Below, one piece after another: positions 38,808 to 51,624 of a DNA stretch of 64,000 nucleotides. The position numbers and the translations under genes were made by a program. Source of the DNA: Phoronis australis. Taxonomy: Eukaryota > Animalia > Phoronida. Position 1 is the first letter of the stretch, and each line of letters opens with the position of its first letter. A model generated the notes under the pieces. It ran no database searches. It was not told where the DNA came from and saw nothing but the letters and a program-made list of their open reading frames with translations. The stretch is from the NCBI GenBank assembly GCA_002633005.1, contig NMRA01000494.1, forward strand, positions 260,878 to 324,877, written 5' to 3'.

Positions 38808-39794
38808 GTACGTAAACAAACTGTACAGAACATAGTATAATAACACAATTGCTTCTGTTCCGCAAAGCTGTGTGAAAAGTGCGCCTCAGTGTTTAAAATG
38901 ATCAGCGGCCAACACCAACAATTTTGGTAATTTTTTATCTAAAAGATGCACAACTTAACGTAGCAGAATTGTGTAGTAACTTGGCAAGAATCACCACTTC
39001 CTTAGTTACAAGTGTTATGGCTTTGTGTCTGCCAACTTCCCACACCTCACGTGTGCTGTCACCCCACGGTGTCGACCCTAGTACCACCTGCACCTCGTCA
39101 ATAGATCATTGAGGCAGGAGAAAAGCGTGCATTACTTTTAGGCAAAACGGGTAACTTTAAAAAAAACTACATGCATACCGCGTCACAGCAGCAATTAATA
39201 AAAACACTAACTTGGACCTATTATGCCTGTTTAGCCCATCCGAATTTTAGACATACGATGGAAGGGTAGACATCATAGGACCAGTGTGGAAAATCACGAC
39301 TTTGCGAGATTACGGATATTATGCAAGATTTTGCAATGTATTTTAAGTGGGAACACGTGATTTTTGGTACATGTACTGTAAATGTTTAGACTACAGATAA
39401 CTACTGAACTTCACACTGGAAAAGGCATGCGACGTATCGTGTGCTTCAGAATCTAGTGGTAGCTTATTAAACATCAACGCGGCGTCTGCAAGATGATGAA
39501 ACACAATTCCGGACCAGAGTTTTCATGAAAGTGTCCAAAGAAGGGACTCAACTAAGTTCCCTAAATTAATGAGGACTTGTGACTTGGAAAATACTGATTA
39601 TCATGTTTAGTTTTCCTACTAAGTCAAACCGAGCGTGAACCATACGTGTAGGTTGAATTCTCAATATTATGTAAACGTGAACGGACGTGCAAATATAGAC
39701 CTCAAAAGTCCGTCTGCACGCCACCTATACATATATATGTAAACATTGTATATTACATTACCCCCCCCCCCCCCNCCCCCCCCCCCCCTCCTCT

Positions 39795-40070
39795 CCCGTT
39801 ATCCCCCGTAATCTCGAGCCCTCGTGGATTTTGAAGAATTATCTCCTAAGGGGTGTTAGCCACGAAGGGATAATTCTTCAAAATCCACTAGATGAGGTGG
39901 ATAACGACTGAGAACATGTAAGAAGCAATATATACCACATACTGAACGATAAACATTGCAGTGAATCGGTATACGTACCTTTCTCCATTCGCCTAGACTT
40001 TCTACGTCAGAGGCTCGGGGTCTGAAGAACGTGTAGTGTTTTTTTAAGATACGCCAAGTTACATTGTATT
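39795..40070. mobile_element. Foldback/palindromic non-autonomous element, copy 1
   Basis: Hairpin cgttatcccc...gtggattttgaagaattatc...gataattcttcaaaatccac...gataacg. The flank 39930-40070 matches 46750-46880 in reverse orientation. Confidence 0.75.
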
Positions 40071-41109
40071 CTTGTTAAAATAATTCTTTTGCTCAAAACA
40101 AAATGAAAATATAGCTTGCTTTACACCTTATCATGTCATTCCTCTCAGTGTCTGAAGTCCAGGGTCCGTAAGTTGTGGTAGGTTTTTACGGACGACCACT
40201 TAACAAGTGTGCATGAGTTTGTTTGAGTTACCAGCATCGCATTTGATTTACTGCAGTGATAAGCCCTCTGGCTGTCTGTGAGTGAAATGTGCCTGAGAAT
40301 TTGGTTATTTAAACTGTTGCATCTTTCTCAGATACTTTTGATATTTTATCTTATGTCAACCACAACAATATGTTTTTGGTCAAAATTGAACCCCATTTGG
40401 CAAAGATACGCCTACATATCCGTAATAAATTAAGGTACACATTCCCACGGAATTGTATTAATGTGTATAAAGTTAATGTTATTACATTTCGTTCAATTGT
40501 AGTGGGCTTTAGAGTGATTTTTAAAATTGTCACAAGACTTTACTGTGTAAACATCTGCTTTCCAGAAAATTTTAGCAACGCACAAATTCGACTTCCTGAA
40601 TAAAAAAGTGAAAGAATACTTCAACACTTGGTTTTTGTTGAGACCCTTGATAGTGGAATACATAAAATTGTAACACCATGCATCACTACCAAGAAATAAA
40701 GCTAGCAGTTCGGATAGGCCAAATCCTCTATGCACACATTAAAATAGTTCCATTGAAGAACGCCACTGCCTGTGACCTGGCATAAAAATGTTTTCATGCT
40801 GGGTCTTGGTTAACAGTTGTGTAAGCAACCTATACTCTGGTGGACTGAACTCAGACCCTGGTGGACTGAGCTCAGACCCTGGGCGAAATGGCTAAGCTTC
40901 CGCCGTAAAAATATCGTCTGTTAAAGTAGGATACCACTGGTTACAAAGTATAATATGAAAGGATCTCAACCATATGTTACACGTATTTAAACTAGAGATC
41001 GATGATTTACGCGCACATAATATACACACCGACACAGGCTCACACACACGCGCACGCACGCATTCAAACGCACACACACATGCACACACAGGCATTTCTG
41101 TGTTTAAGC

Positions 41110-41330
41110 GGTGGTCCCAATAGCGCAGTGGCTAGCTAGAACGTCTGCACTTTTATTAGAAGGTCCCGTGTTCCCGGGTCGGTGGTGGCAGAAATGTTTT
41201 TGGAATTATCGTTATTAGGTCACTTGATGTGGCCAACAGGTGATATACAGATCAGTTCAGCTACACAGGTATACCCCAAATTTGGCTCCTGCCTAGAGGT
41301 GCAAAAATAGCACCCAGTCCGAACAATCAT
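41110..41330 (+). mobile_element. Degenerate tRNA-derived SINE-like fragment
   Basis: A-box-like TAGCGCAGTGG and a weak B-box-like gtgttcccgggtc. Confidence 0.4.
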
Positions 41331-41895
41331 CTAATAGTTGCCAAGACAACTGAAGCAAGAAAGAGTCAGGTTTTGGCTTTGATGCAAATTGGGAGTGCAC
41401 TCTACGTTAAATTGTCAAGATTATTGAAAATAATTAGGAATCCTTTCATGTAAGTCCCTATCTATATTCACTGAAATAAGGGCGTCGTTTTAGTTATATC
41501 ATTACAATATGTTATTAGTCAAAGAGGGCATCTTAATAACGATAAAGATAAAGATAAAATGGCGGGAAAAGATTACGTCTGTAAGTAAAGAATGGCACAA
41601 CTACGCAAACGATTTAGGGATCTTGATTGAGCCTTTTCTTGGTATTTTTCATGCAACTGGGAACATGCGGCTTCTCAACATTGAGAGAATTACTTTCAAT
41701 TAAGTTCCAAAAGTTGTTATTTAAGAATTTGTTCGCATTCGGACATGTCGACACTTTTGCTGGAAATCTATTCATCTAACTGAAAATATGAATTGCATTT
41801 TGAAAATTCTTAACTCTACTTCTGTTTTTTTTCAATTTGTACTCGAGTATATCACCACTGTAATTGCGTAATTACCGTTCAAATTTCATTTTCAG

Positions 41896-41906
41896 GCAAA
41901 CGATAA
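41896..41906 (+). CDS. Defensin-like precursor, coding exon 3 (G-K-R-stop)
   Basis: Acceptor aaatttcattttcag. The phase-1 join gives GGC AAA CGA TAA. AATAAA at 41964-41969. Confidence 0.75.
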
Positions 41907-44442
41907 GCCAACAACATCGATGACATTGACACAGTTAAATAACTGTACTGATGACTAAGGCAAAATAAAGATCTTGTCAAAGCGACTTCCATTTGTCTCT
42001 TTATTGTTGCACATCTCGTTCCCATATCGATGGCTGCGAGTTTGGATTTCTACTGTAGCATCCTCAAAACGAGGCTCTAGCTAGACAACTGAACATTGAT
42101 TGCTTGGAAAGGAGTTGGCATCAGATCGCTCAACAAAAACGTGTATGCATCTTGAGTGGAAATTGTTGTACTGCTCACACTGTGACGCTTGTCTCGACTA
42201 CCTAAGGGCCCACCAAACTGGTGCATATTTAGACATGTCATTTTTGGGCGATTATGACAAAAAACTTCCATGGCTTTAATAACACCTGGTTAATCACCAG
42301 TAGTAGTTGGCGTCTACAGACTGGTCGCAATAGTCTTTCTAAGTCCATTCAGAGGTGGTTTCATTACATTGAAGTTAGTGACAGATCGTTACTGATTGAA
42401 ACCAAATTTAAGTGTTTTCATGTTGACTTGCTACGACCTGGTTCGGTGAATTTAAGCACCGTGCTCTAAAGCCCTGCCAATCTAACCAAGCCAGCGTGCA
42501 CTTCTCCTCTGAGTAAGTAATACATGTACATGTAAGCTTAGGTCAAAGGTCAATTGGAGGGCTCAACTAAAACTTAATTCCTTTGACGGAATGTGGGTTT
42601 ACAGTCACTTTGAATGATTTGAAAAACTGTTTGACAAGTAAATACCGTGAAACCTAATTATGTACATTGTATGTGCATGCATGAAGGCATGTCTTCCGTT
42701 CGACAAAAGATGCATGGATATGTTTGCATGTTGCAGAGAACATTTTTAAATCGCATTTTTGTTTATACCCGGATGTCCCGCTTTCTATCCAGAGTTCTGA
42801 TCTTAAATGCAGTTGTTCCGGTTTTTCGTTCTCAAATTTTGACAACTTTACAAGACGTTTCAAAACAACAGTGTCTGTCTCTTTAGTCATGAGGAACCCT
42901 TTCCAGCTGAAAATTGACCGTCGGACGGCCTTCGTCCGACGGTTGGAGTTTGCTAATGCGATCACAATAGCCCATTGAATTCAGTCCAGCTGCCTGGGCT
43001 GCTTGGTCACGTACGTAATCCTTTAATGACATCTCATTATGCCATAAAACTACGTGCCTGTCGACTATTGGCAAAAAAAGAAAGTTTATTTTAAAAATAT
43101 ACCTGCCTAACCGAATTCCTCGCAAAAATCTAAGCATTTTAGAACTTTGAATTTTCTTTCTAGGCCAGAAAATAAAGTTTTTATTAATATAAAAATTTAC
43201 CACCTTGTGTACGAGCAGAGCGCAAGAATTTACAAAGGGTATATTGTGATTCGCCGCCATGAGGCAGCTTATAATTTCCTNNNNNNNNNNNNNNNNNNNN
43301 NNNNNNNNNNNNNNNNNNNNNNNNNNNNNNNNNNNNNNNNNNNNNNNNNNNNNNNNNNNNNNNNNNNNNNNNNNNNNNNNNNNNNNNNNNNNNNNNNNNN
43401 NNNNNNNNNNNNNNNNNNNNNNNNNNNNNNNNNNNNNNNNNNNNNNNNNNNNNNNNNNNNNNNNNNNNNNNNNNNNNNNNNNNNNNNNNNNNNNNNNNNN
43501 NNNNNNNNNNNNNNNNNNNNNNNNNNNNNNNNNNNNNNNNNNNNNNNNNNNNNNNNNNNNNNNNNNNNNNNNNNNNNNNNNNNNNNNNNNNNNNNNNNNN
43601 NNNNNNNNNNNNNNNNNNNNNNNNNNNNNNNNNNNNNNNNNNNNNNNNNNNNNNNNNNNNNNNNNNNNNNNNNNNNNNNNNNNNNNNNNNNNNNNNNNNN
43701 NNNNNNNNNNNNNNNNNNNNNNNNNNNNNNNNNNNNNNNNNNNNNNNNNNNNNNNNNNNNNNNNNNNNNNNNATGCAGTTGTTCCAGTTTTTCGTTCTCA
43801 AATTTTGACAACTTTACAAGACGTTTCAAAACAACAGTGTCTGTCTCTTTAGTATTAATTTTTCTCAGACTACTCTTTTTATTAACATAATTATCCGTAA
43901 AACTGCGTTCCCAAATACCCACACACACACACACTACATACACTGTACATGTATCGGGATCACTAAATTCCATACTCTAATACAGTGTTAATGGTTACGG
44001 TAACACACACCACATACATGTATTGGGATCACTAGTTTTTTTTTTACATTCTGATACAGGGTTAATGCTTACTTTTTTTCCTTCCCGTTCTGTGGACATT
44101 TTTTAAACTATTTAGATTACAGGATCTCTTTGAACAAAAATTGGCCATTTTGGGCCAAAATATTCATGACAGTAATTTAAAACAATGACCCCCAAAAATT
44201 GAAATAACCCTTTGAACCAACCTCACCGGGATGTATGAACGGACTCGCCGAATTACATTTTTATGGGTCAATAAAAAGATCTGAATTCTGGACGGACAAT
44301 CTTTCTGAAAATGTGTACGCTGGCTCTTGAAGACAAAGCGCTTTACAACTAAGAACAGTTGTTCACGTATTTTTAATACTGTGCAAGTGTGCATGTATTT
44401 ACACAGAAATTCCAATGGTGGATAATCTGTAGAGGGGATTCT

Positions 44443-44592
44443 CAACTAGATATCCTTTAAAATACAAGTAACAACTAGATATCGTTAAAATACAAATAAC
44501 GACTAGATGTACATGTAGTTGCTAGGCGAATGACAACTAGATCCTTTCAATACAAATAACCAGGAGTTATCCTTACAATGCAATTAACAAGT
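44443..44592. repeat. ~29-bp degenerate minisatellite (aactagatatcctttaaaatacaagtaac)
   Basis: 4-5 imperfect units. Confidence 0.65.
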
Positions 44593-44972
44593 AATGTACG
44601 CATTTGATGAAAAAACTCATTAAAAATTTCGGTTTTTTCTCTCAATATTAAATTCTACAGTAAAATGTTTAGAAGGTATGAGTGTAATTATTTTTATTCA
44701 CTCAATAAGTCTCAAGCGGTTTCGAAGTATACACATGTATATTATGTATAAGTATGCTAGTTCACTTTAGTTATTTTAAAGCATTACATTTACCAGGAAC
44801 ATGAACATGACTGTATTGTAATAATGCCTCATTGACGAAAATCAACAAGCATAGATAAACTAGCTATGCCTCAAAATGTGGAATAACCCTTAAATATTTC
44901 ATTGAATTTACGAGTTTGATATGTCTTTACTAGTTTAATTTCAGTTCTTTCAAACTCTCTAAATAGAGATCA

Positions 44973-46015
44973 GTGCCCGGTTGCATGAAACAGTCCCTAA
45001 TTAGGAATTTTACCAAGTTCAAGTTCTCAAAATAGTTAGGGAAGACCCTATAAGGATTTTGTTTAAGGACTGTTGCATGAAGAGGTCCTACACTCGGTCC
45101 TTATTGGGGTCGCCCTAAATCCGAAGTTCCCAAAACCGAACAATCCCGATGATTGCCGTGGCTAAGGTCGCTTAATATGGCAAAAAAATACTATCAACGA
45201 GAGAATACCTGTCGCATTTACGTCCTCTGTTCCACCATTTCAATTTGAGTAGAATGCACAGTCAATTTGCATTATCTCAGAATTCCAGTTTTTCTCTGCT
45301 TGTGAGAGATCAGACGATCGATTGTGGCCGCCCAGGCTTAATGTAAATTAAAAAACGGCAAGCTGGTGAGAATACCAGAATCTCCGGTAGGAGTCACCGC
45401 ACTTCCCAACGCGCTGAACAATAAGATCGTCTGTTCGGGGAATTAAGTGAGACGAGGGGTAAGTCATGGCATTATAGTAATCGATAAATTCAGTTTACCA
45501 ATGAACTACTAACCTGTACAGTGGGCGAGATCACTCCTTTCCTGTTCAACAACTCCAGCTTTTCTTCAAGCTCTTGAAAATCTAAATCTTTTGTTTAGCT
45601 AACTGTCGCTAAACAGGGGCGGATCCAGGATTTTGAGTTGGGGAGGGCAGGGCAGAGTATTAGCCAGGATTTTGCCCGTCAGACATTCGCACCCCCCGTA
45701 CTGCCAAATGGAATCTGGGAGAATCTTAGGGGGCATGGCCCTCTTGGCCCCCTCTAAATCCGCCACTGCTAAACGTCTCAAGCGGCTTAGTTCTGTCACG
45801 GAATTTTTTTTAAACAGCAATATGAGCTTAATCAGCCATTTTATTGCTAGGAATTCAACTTAGGGACTAACTTTGAATAACCCCAAGCGTTGAGTCCCTA
45901 TTTAATGCCTAAACTAACTGGGAACTTTTCATGCAGCAGTCCCTAAAAATTATGGACGTCCCTAAGACTTAAGGACATCCCTAACATTGAGGGACTGTTT
46001 CATGCAATTGGGAAC
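44973..46015 (-). mobile_element. Non-autonomous PIF/Harbinger-like element
   Basis: TIRs gtgcccggttgcatgaaacagtccct / agggactgtttcatgcaattgggaac. The minus-strand remnant FRDRTKPLETFSDS.LNKRFRFSR...ISPTVQV resembles a Harbinger transposase N-terminus. Confidence 0.7.
45615..45767. mobile_element. Small MITE nested in the Harbinger element
   Basis: (c)aggggcggatccag...aaatccgccact(g) ends, flanked by a duplicated GCTAAAC (45608-14 / 45768-74). Confidence 0.8.
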
Positions 46016-46257
46016 TTCTCTTTCAAACACAACAGTGCAATAAAAATCCAAATGACATCAGTAGGTAACATAATTTAAAAAGCGATATTTCGAGAAACAC
46101 AGTGAAACGCACATCAGAAATGACAAATACAATATAGCACGTGAAGCATGCGCAACTATGACGATAAAACACATTATACCACGATATTAGCGTCAAATGG
46201 CAGATACAACCGTGTAATAACCCATAAAGTTATCTCACTAGTGAGATAACGATTTGG

Positions 46258-46336
46258 CGGGAAACCGAGGACGGGGTCGAACCCGGGACCCTAATATTGC
46301 TGGTCGCCGACTTTACCACTACACCACGCAGCGACT
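46258..46336 (-). mobile_element. tRNA-like Pol III head (SINE or pseudo-tRNA)
   Basis: A box TGGTGTAGTGG and B box GGTTCGACCCC are present. No convincing anticodon or acceptor stem. Confidence 0.5.
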
Positions 46337-46872
46337 GACTTCATCAAGAGTGAAAATAGAATAATTAAATGAGCACGCGCAAAAATCGCACGTTCAGCAA
46401 ACCGCATTGTACTGTGCTTATACGTTACGGAAAATAAGACACATAATTTCCATAAAAATGATATCTTAATTCCGTGAAATTTTTTCTCATGTCTTCTTAC
46501 TTGTAAATCACCGATCTCTAGTTTGAATGCGGGTATCGTGTCGTCAGGATCTTTGACTTGAGAATTATATTCAGTTACCAGTGGTAACCTATTTTAGCAG
46601 ACAATCATTTCCCGGTCGAAGCTTAGCGTGAAGAAAACGTGTTTTAAGCTATAATAGTTGGTAAACCATACTTTATAAATTCAATTTATTTCTATAATAT
46701 TTAAGTTTTCAATTGGTTTTGAGTAAAAGCAATATTTGACAAAAATAACCGGGATTTTCTTAAAAGGTCACGACCTCCGACCCCGGCCTCTGACATAGAA
46801 AGTAGTTACAAAGCCGTGGAGAGTCAGAAAAGGTAAATCGATTCATTGCAATGTTTCTAGTTTAGTAGGTGG

Positions 46873-47049
46873 TATATATAGATTATTACATGTTCTCAGC
46901 CGTTATCCCCCCTTATCTAGAGCCCTCGTGGATTTTGGAGAATTATCACCCTCGGGGCTGACGCCCCTCGGGCGATAATTCTCCAAAATCCACTCGGGCT
47001 CTAGATAACGGGGGATAACGACTTCGCCATGTAATAATCTATATATATA
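46873..47049. mobile_element. Near-perfect ~175-bp palindrome flanked by (TA)n, foldback element copy 2
   Basis: tatatagattattacatg...ctagagccc..gtggattttggagaattatc / gataattctccaaaatccac..gggctctag...catgtaataatctatata. Confidence 0.85.
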
Positions 47050-47625
47050 CGTCGCTTTGCATCATAATCTACATATCACCTAAATAATGATGGAGTCCTT
47101 CGAATTCCAGTTAGCTGCTCATTCAATCTGGCTTTTCCAAACATTATTAGAAGCGACTGTAATGTTTGTAAACTGTGTACTTCACTTTCAATGTATCTAA
47201 TGACTGTATTGTCAACTATCTTCTGACGAGTTATCTTGCGACCATGAACGTTTTGAAAAAGGTCTTTTATGGAGCCGTTTTATAAATGCATTGAAAGTCG
47301 TCGCGACAAGGAACAGACTGTGCGCCCAATGTAATTTTGTTTCTTATGAGGACGAACAGTGCGGACTTTCTCACGAGTAATAATTAGACACTATTTCTAA
47401 TACTCTTAAAACAGACCAACAGGTCGCCAACATGTCATTACTTCAGATATCCAATCCACTCTTTTTCTACTAGCACCCGTTCCAAAAGTATTCTTCCATC
47501 TGCAAAATCTGGTAAACAAGTTTCAACAGGGTCTTCCGTTAGGGAAAATTTCTATGCATAGCTGCTCGTCAGAATATAGACTGACACTCTTGTTAATTGT
47601 ATTGGTTTGTTCTGTTTTGTTGCTC

Positions 47626-48233
47626 TGTTTAATTGACATGACCCCTGAGTTCAATACAGTGATGATGTAATTTGTTTACTACAGAAGAGTGTAGAACTTT
47701 CTAGAAGGCTGTAGCATGTGAGTGATTAATGTGATCTGGAATATTCTAGAGACTAGTATATGTTTTTAGAATAATCGGGTAGATTCCGGAAAGTTCTGGC
47801 ATGTGCTTGAATTGGTGAAAAGTTCCAGAACGTTGCATTAGTCTATAAATATACAAACACGGGTTTATATTAGTCAGAATGTAAAGCAGTTAAGAGTTCG
47901 GCAGCCAGAGCAAAGAAGTCAACAGTTAAGCAGTTGGAGTTACAGTTGAGTTGCAATGAAGATAATCAGCAGTTACAGTGATAGTGGATATTGAGAGCCA
48001 CCTATAGAGACCGCAGGTTATTAAATCAACGAGTGTAACAGTTGCTGGAAGTGTCTCAGAAGTTCATCACAAGTCAAGGCTTCGTAGCACTGGCTGGAGC
48101 ATAAAACAGGCATTACGTCGGACGTTTTTTGGGGTAGGCTTGTGAACGTACGGTCGAGATTAATGAAAGGATTAACCCGAACCTGTCCTCAGTCTATTGT
48201 CGCACCGAAAGCTATTAGCACCGGTCTGTAACA
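47626..48233 (+). mobile_element. Probable solo LTR (Gypsy-like)
   Basis: TGT...TAACA ends, TATAAATA at ~47844 and repeated ttctaga/ttccgga motifs. The TSD is only partially matched. Confidence 0.45.
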
Positions 48234-48879
48234 ACCTCCGCCCACCCACACACAGGGAAAACGTGACACTGTTTGTCACTCTCACAAATAGATTACTTTA
48301 CGTTATGCCTACCATCTGCATACAATGTAGCGATAATACCCACTGTCGGCTTCTCAAACAGATGAAACTCCGTTTGTCATTTTCTGGGGCCATTCGACTC
48401 CATAATATTAAAACAACTTGGTGAAATTTGTTCGGAAGAAGTTTTCGGTGCTATCAGCTCTTAACGTACTTAGTTTGTATTGAACAAACAATCCACCCTG
48501 AGCTCTCGTACATTGTAACAACAGCGCAACAAGATAATGTAATGATCAAACCAAGTCCAATTCATAACGTTTATCAAACAAAATTTCAAGTGCCGAGAGA
48601 ATAACAACAGTTTGGGTTTAGTCATTGAATTATAGCAGACCAAAATGTTTCGTCAATAATCCTAGTCTCTCATTAACAAAAAGTGGTGAGATCTAAAAAG
48701 AGCGAAGGTGGCCTGGTGTCATTTGCGCTGTATCAAACGTGCACAGTCCTCATGGTGGCGTCCATTGCACAAACCCCTGAGCTAAAAACACGAGAGCCCT
48801 GTTATAGTTGGTCGTGAAGGAAGATTTCAAGTCTACAAATCTCCTTTAAGAAAACGGGCAGACCTAAGATTTAACTTTT

Positions 48880-49620
48880 GGACAACAGTCTTGACCAGAA
48901 AGTCGTTTGAGACGGCAATTCTATGAAGGAACTTATCTGAAATCGGTTTTATCTCGAATCATCAGTTACATTCTCCCACTTTTCAGATGAATCACGAACT
49001 TTAATTTGTGATTCCCACATCATCTCATGTGTTGGTTATCTTGGAAGGCTTAGAAAATCTTATGTTTGGAATGTATGTGATGGTCAAAGAATTACGCGGA
49101 TAAATATATAAAAATTAATTAATTGACTTAAATATTACACAGAAACCACACCTGTTCCAAAATGATACGTAAGACATAAAAGTCAAATATATTGTGAATA
49201 TAATGTTTTATAAAAAAGATGCTTGACTTGATAACAGTTATGTTGTCATTATACCACATTGGACGATATTGAAATTCTTCATTCTTGTCAGTGTTCAGAG
49301 TTTGGGCGCAAAGTGTTTCAACAACTCAGACCAAAATCAAGTTTTCTTTTTCTATGTACTCACACCTTAAAAAGCACTAATAAAGATCTCAACTTTCAAA
49401 CAATATTTTTGTGGAGATGTTCTTATGATTTTAGGTATCTTTATTCTGTCGTTTTGCAACGACAAGCAACGTTTAAAACATTAATCCAACACGTTTAATT
49501 GATTGTCTGGACGGCGATGGCAAAACAAGGGGCAAATGAACTAGCTTAGGTAACAAAATTGACTTAATAACGGTAATACTACCATGACAAATTAGTGAAC
49601 AGGTCTTAATTGCGATTGCC
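48880..49620 (-). mobile_element. L1/Tx1 LINE remnant
   Basis: GSITVIKSILLPKLVHL..VLPSP and KFLHRI motifs of L1-type ORF2. Confidence 0.65.
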
Positions 49621-51014
49621 TTATTCTGATTGCAGCCAATTTGTGCCTGTTGAAAGTGTTTACTGCACACTCCTTATAGACAAGATTGACATTATTACAC
49701 GGGATTTTTCTTAAATTTGCATGTATTGGGTAAATCCGCACATTAAAAAACTACGGGTATTAGTACCCTCAAATTATGCCTCTGAGGTTCTTCAAGTCTG
49801 AACATGTGCGAGCTTCAATTACAACTGCAAAGGGACTTAGTTACCTGAGGGCTAGACTGGTCATCTGCGTAGTGGGTCTCAAAAATGTAATGCTCAGTCT
49901 GTGGTGCCTGCTGGTGTTCTGGGATATATCGCGGCGCATTGGACGTGTTTCCACTTTGACAATCTCATAACTTGTATTCACTTGGAGGGGTAATTCACGA
50001 AAGCCCCAGTGACGACATGCCAGGAAGTACATACCAAAATGTTCGTGCATTGTGCAAGAGAGTCCAACTACACTGTACTAGTACTCACCCAAAAGAAAAT
50101 ACTGCTGTCAATTATGCCATTATGGGACTTGGTTTAGTGACATAATACGCCAGCGTTCCTTGTGTTACCCTGACAGGTTTTTAACCCTTATGAAATGGTT
50201 AGGAAAAGTTACTGTATCAGGAACCAAACAGTACCTATCCCATAACCAATACACAATTCGTATTCGATGAAAGTTTAAGTGAACGCGCCACTCATGATTA
50301 AGACCAGAAGAACACACTGTCATTTTAAACTAACCGCGAAACCGGAAGTATAATTCATTCACTACGGCTTAAAGGAATGCCGGCTGTGAAACTGGAGAAG
50401 TGCCTGGTACCAGCCTGCAAACGGGGGAAAAATAACTGACTGCGGACCTTAACTTTAATAAAATCAAAATAGGAACAAAATCTGTTGAAATGGTTGAGAA
50501 AATGTTGCAAACACATTTATTATTTTGCCGGATTCGGACATGGACCCGGTACAGACCGAGACCAGAACTGCACAAAGGCGAAAACTTGCAGTCGCCGATT
50601 GTTTCATCGGAATAAATGTTTCAAATCATCAATGCCGTGTACAAATAAACTCTGGTAAACAAACAGTATAAACAGAACAACGATCATGCTATATAAAAAC
50701 TAATTGGCAGTTTTTCAGCCACATGCCCCTCTGAACACACGATGTAATTAAAAACTTTTATTGGAAACTGCAGCATGCTAAAACATAAATACGACGTCTT
50801 CTAATCTGTTGAAATTGTACGCTTACACGTTCGAATGGTCAACATCAAGTGAAAGAACGTTGGTATTTCGTCGAAAAGACCTTTGCATTTACGTATATTT
50901 AATTTTTTAATAAGAATTTCGATTTTTGTTAACAAAACGTTAGTTTCAAACTAGCAGTCGGGAATTCTTTATTTCTTTCTTGAGACGCTTTTGTCCCATG
51001 CAGCTCTCTGTCGT

Positions 51015-51624
51015 CTAATGTAAAAGAATCTCTAGCCATAACAGTGTAGATATAGTCACATACTTCACGTGAGCCTGTGGCACCCCGTTATATGCGTAGT
51101 CACAACCCTCGTCCTTCGCCTCAGCCTTTTCCGTCTCAACTGCACGGCTATCATCATTGTTTAACACCGTGCTTCCGTCGCTGGTTATACTGTTGCTTGG
51201 TTGTTCACTACCGGATGAAAACATATCGGTCATCGTTTCCGATGGGCTGTTGTGCGTCGTGGATTCTTTTGTCGGTCGCCTTGATGATGCATCATCCTCT
51301 TTAAGCGTTGTCTCATTCGTTGCACCAACGTTTGGCACTTCACTTGAGGTGCTTTGGTAGGTTGCCGTTTTGGGTGATCGAATTGTTGGGCGTTCTACGT
51401 GTACGTCATTGGCATCTGGGGTCGTTTTGTGTCTGTCTGTCGCCAAAATTGACGTATCTGTTGTACTGCGCTGTGACGTTGCCTTTTTGCTGGATGGTTC
51501 GGGAGGAAAGTCATCATAATGGATAACTGGGCTAACACCTTCCAGTGGTGACTTTGGTCTTTTAGTAATCAAACTTACACTAGGGGGCGTAAGTGTAAGG
51601 TCGAACATAGCGTATGTGTGGAAC
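51015..51624 (-). CDS. SAARP-like gene, terminal exon (Ser/Thr-rich stalk + hydrophobic GPI-like tail)
   Basis: Acceptor ctattttcgtag, phase 2. Reads FHTYAMFDLTLTP, then ~170 aa rich in S/T/P/D/E, ending NGVPQAHVKYVTISTLLWLEILLH*. AATAAA on - at 50968-50973. Confidence 0.8.

Noticed and set aside
42807-43853. ~80-bp direct repeat (42807-42887 vs 43773-43853)
   Set aside because: The second copy starts exactly at the gap edge. It is probably an allelic overlap or scaffolding artefact.
43147-43973. Long ORFs across the N-gap (also 24097-24492 and 58216-59007)
   Set aside because: Open only because of Ns.
46258-46336. Functional tRNA gene
   Set aside because: A and B boxes are present, but the acceptor and anticodon stems do not pair.
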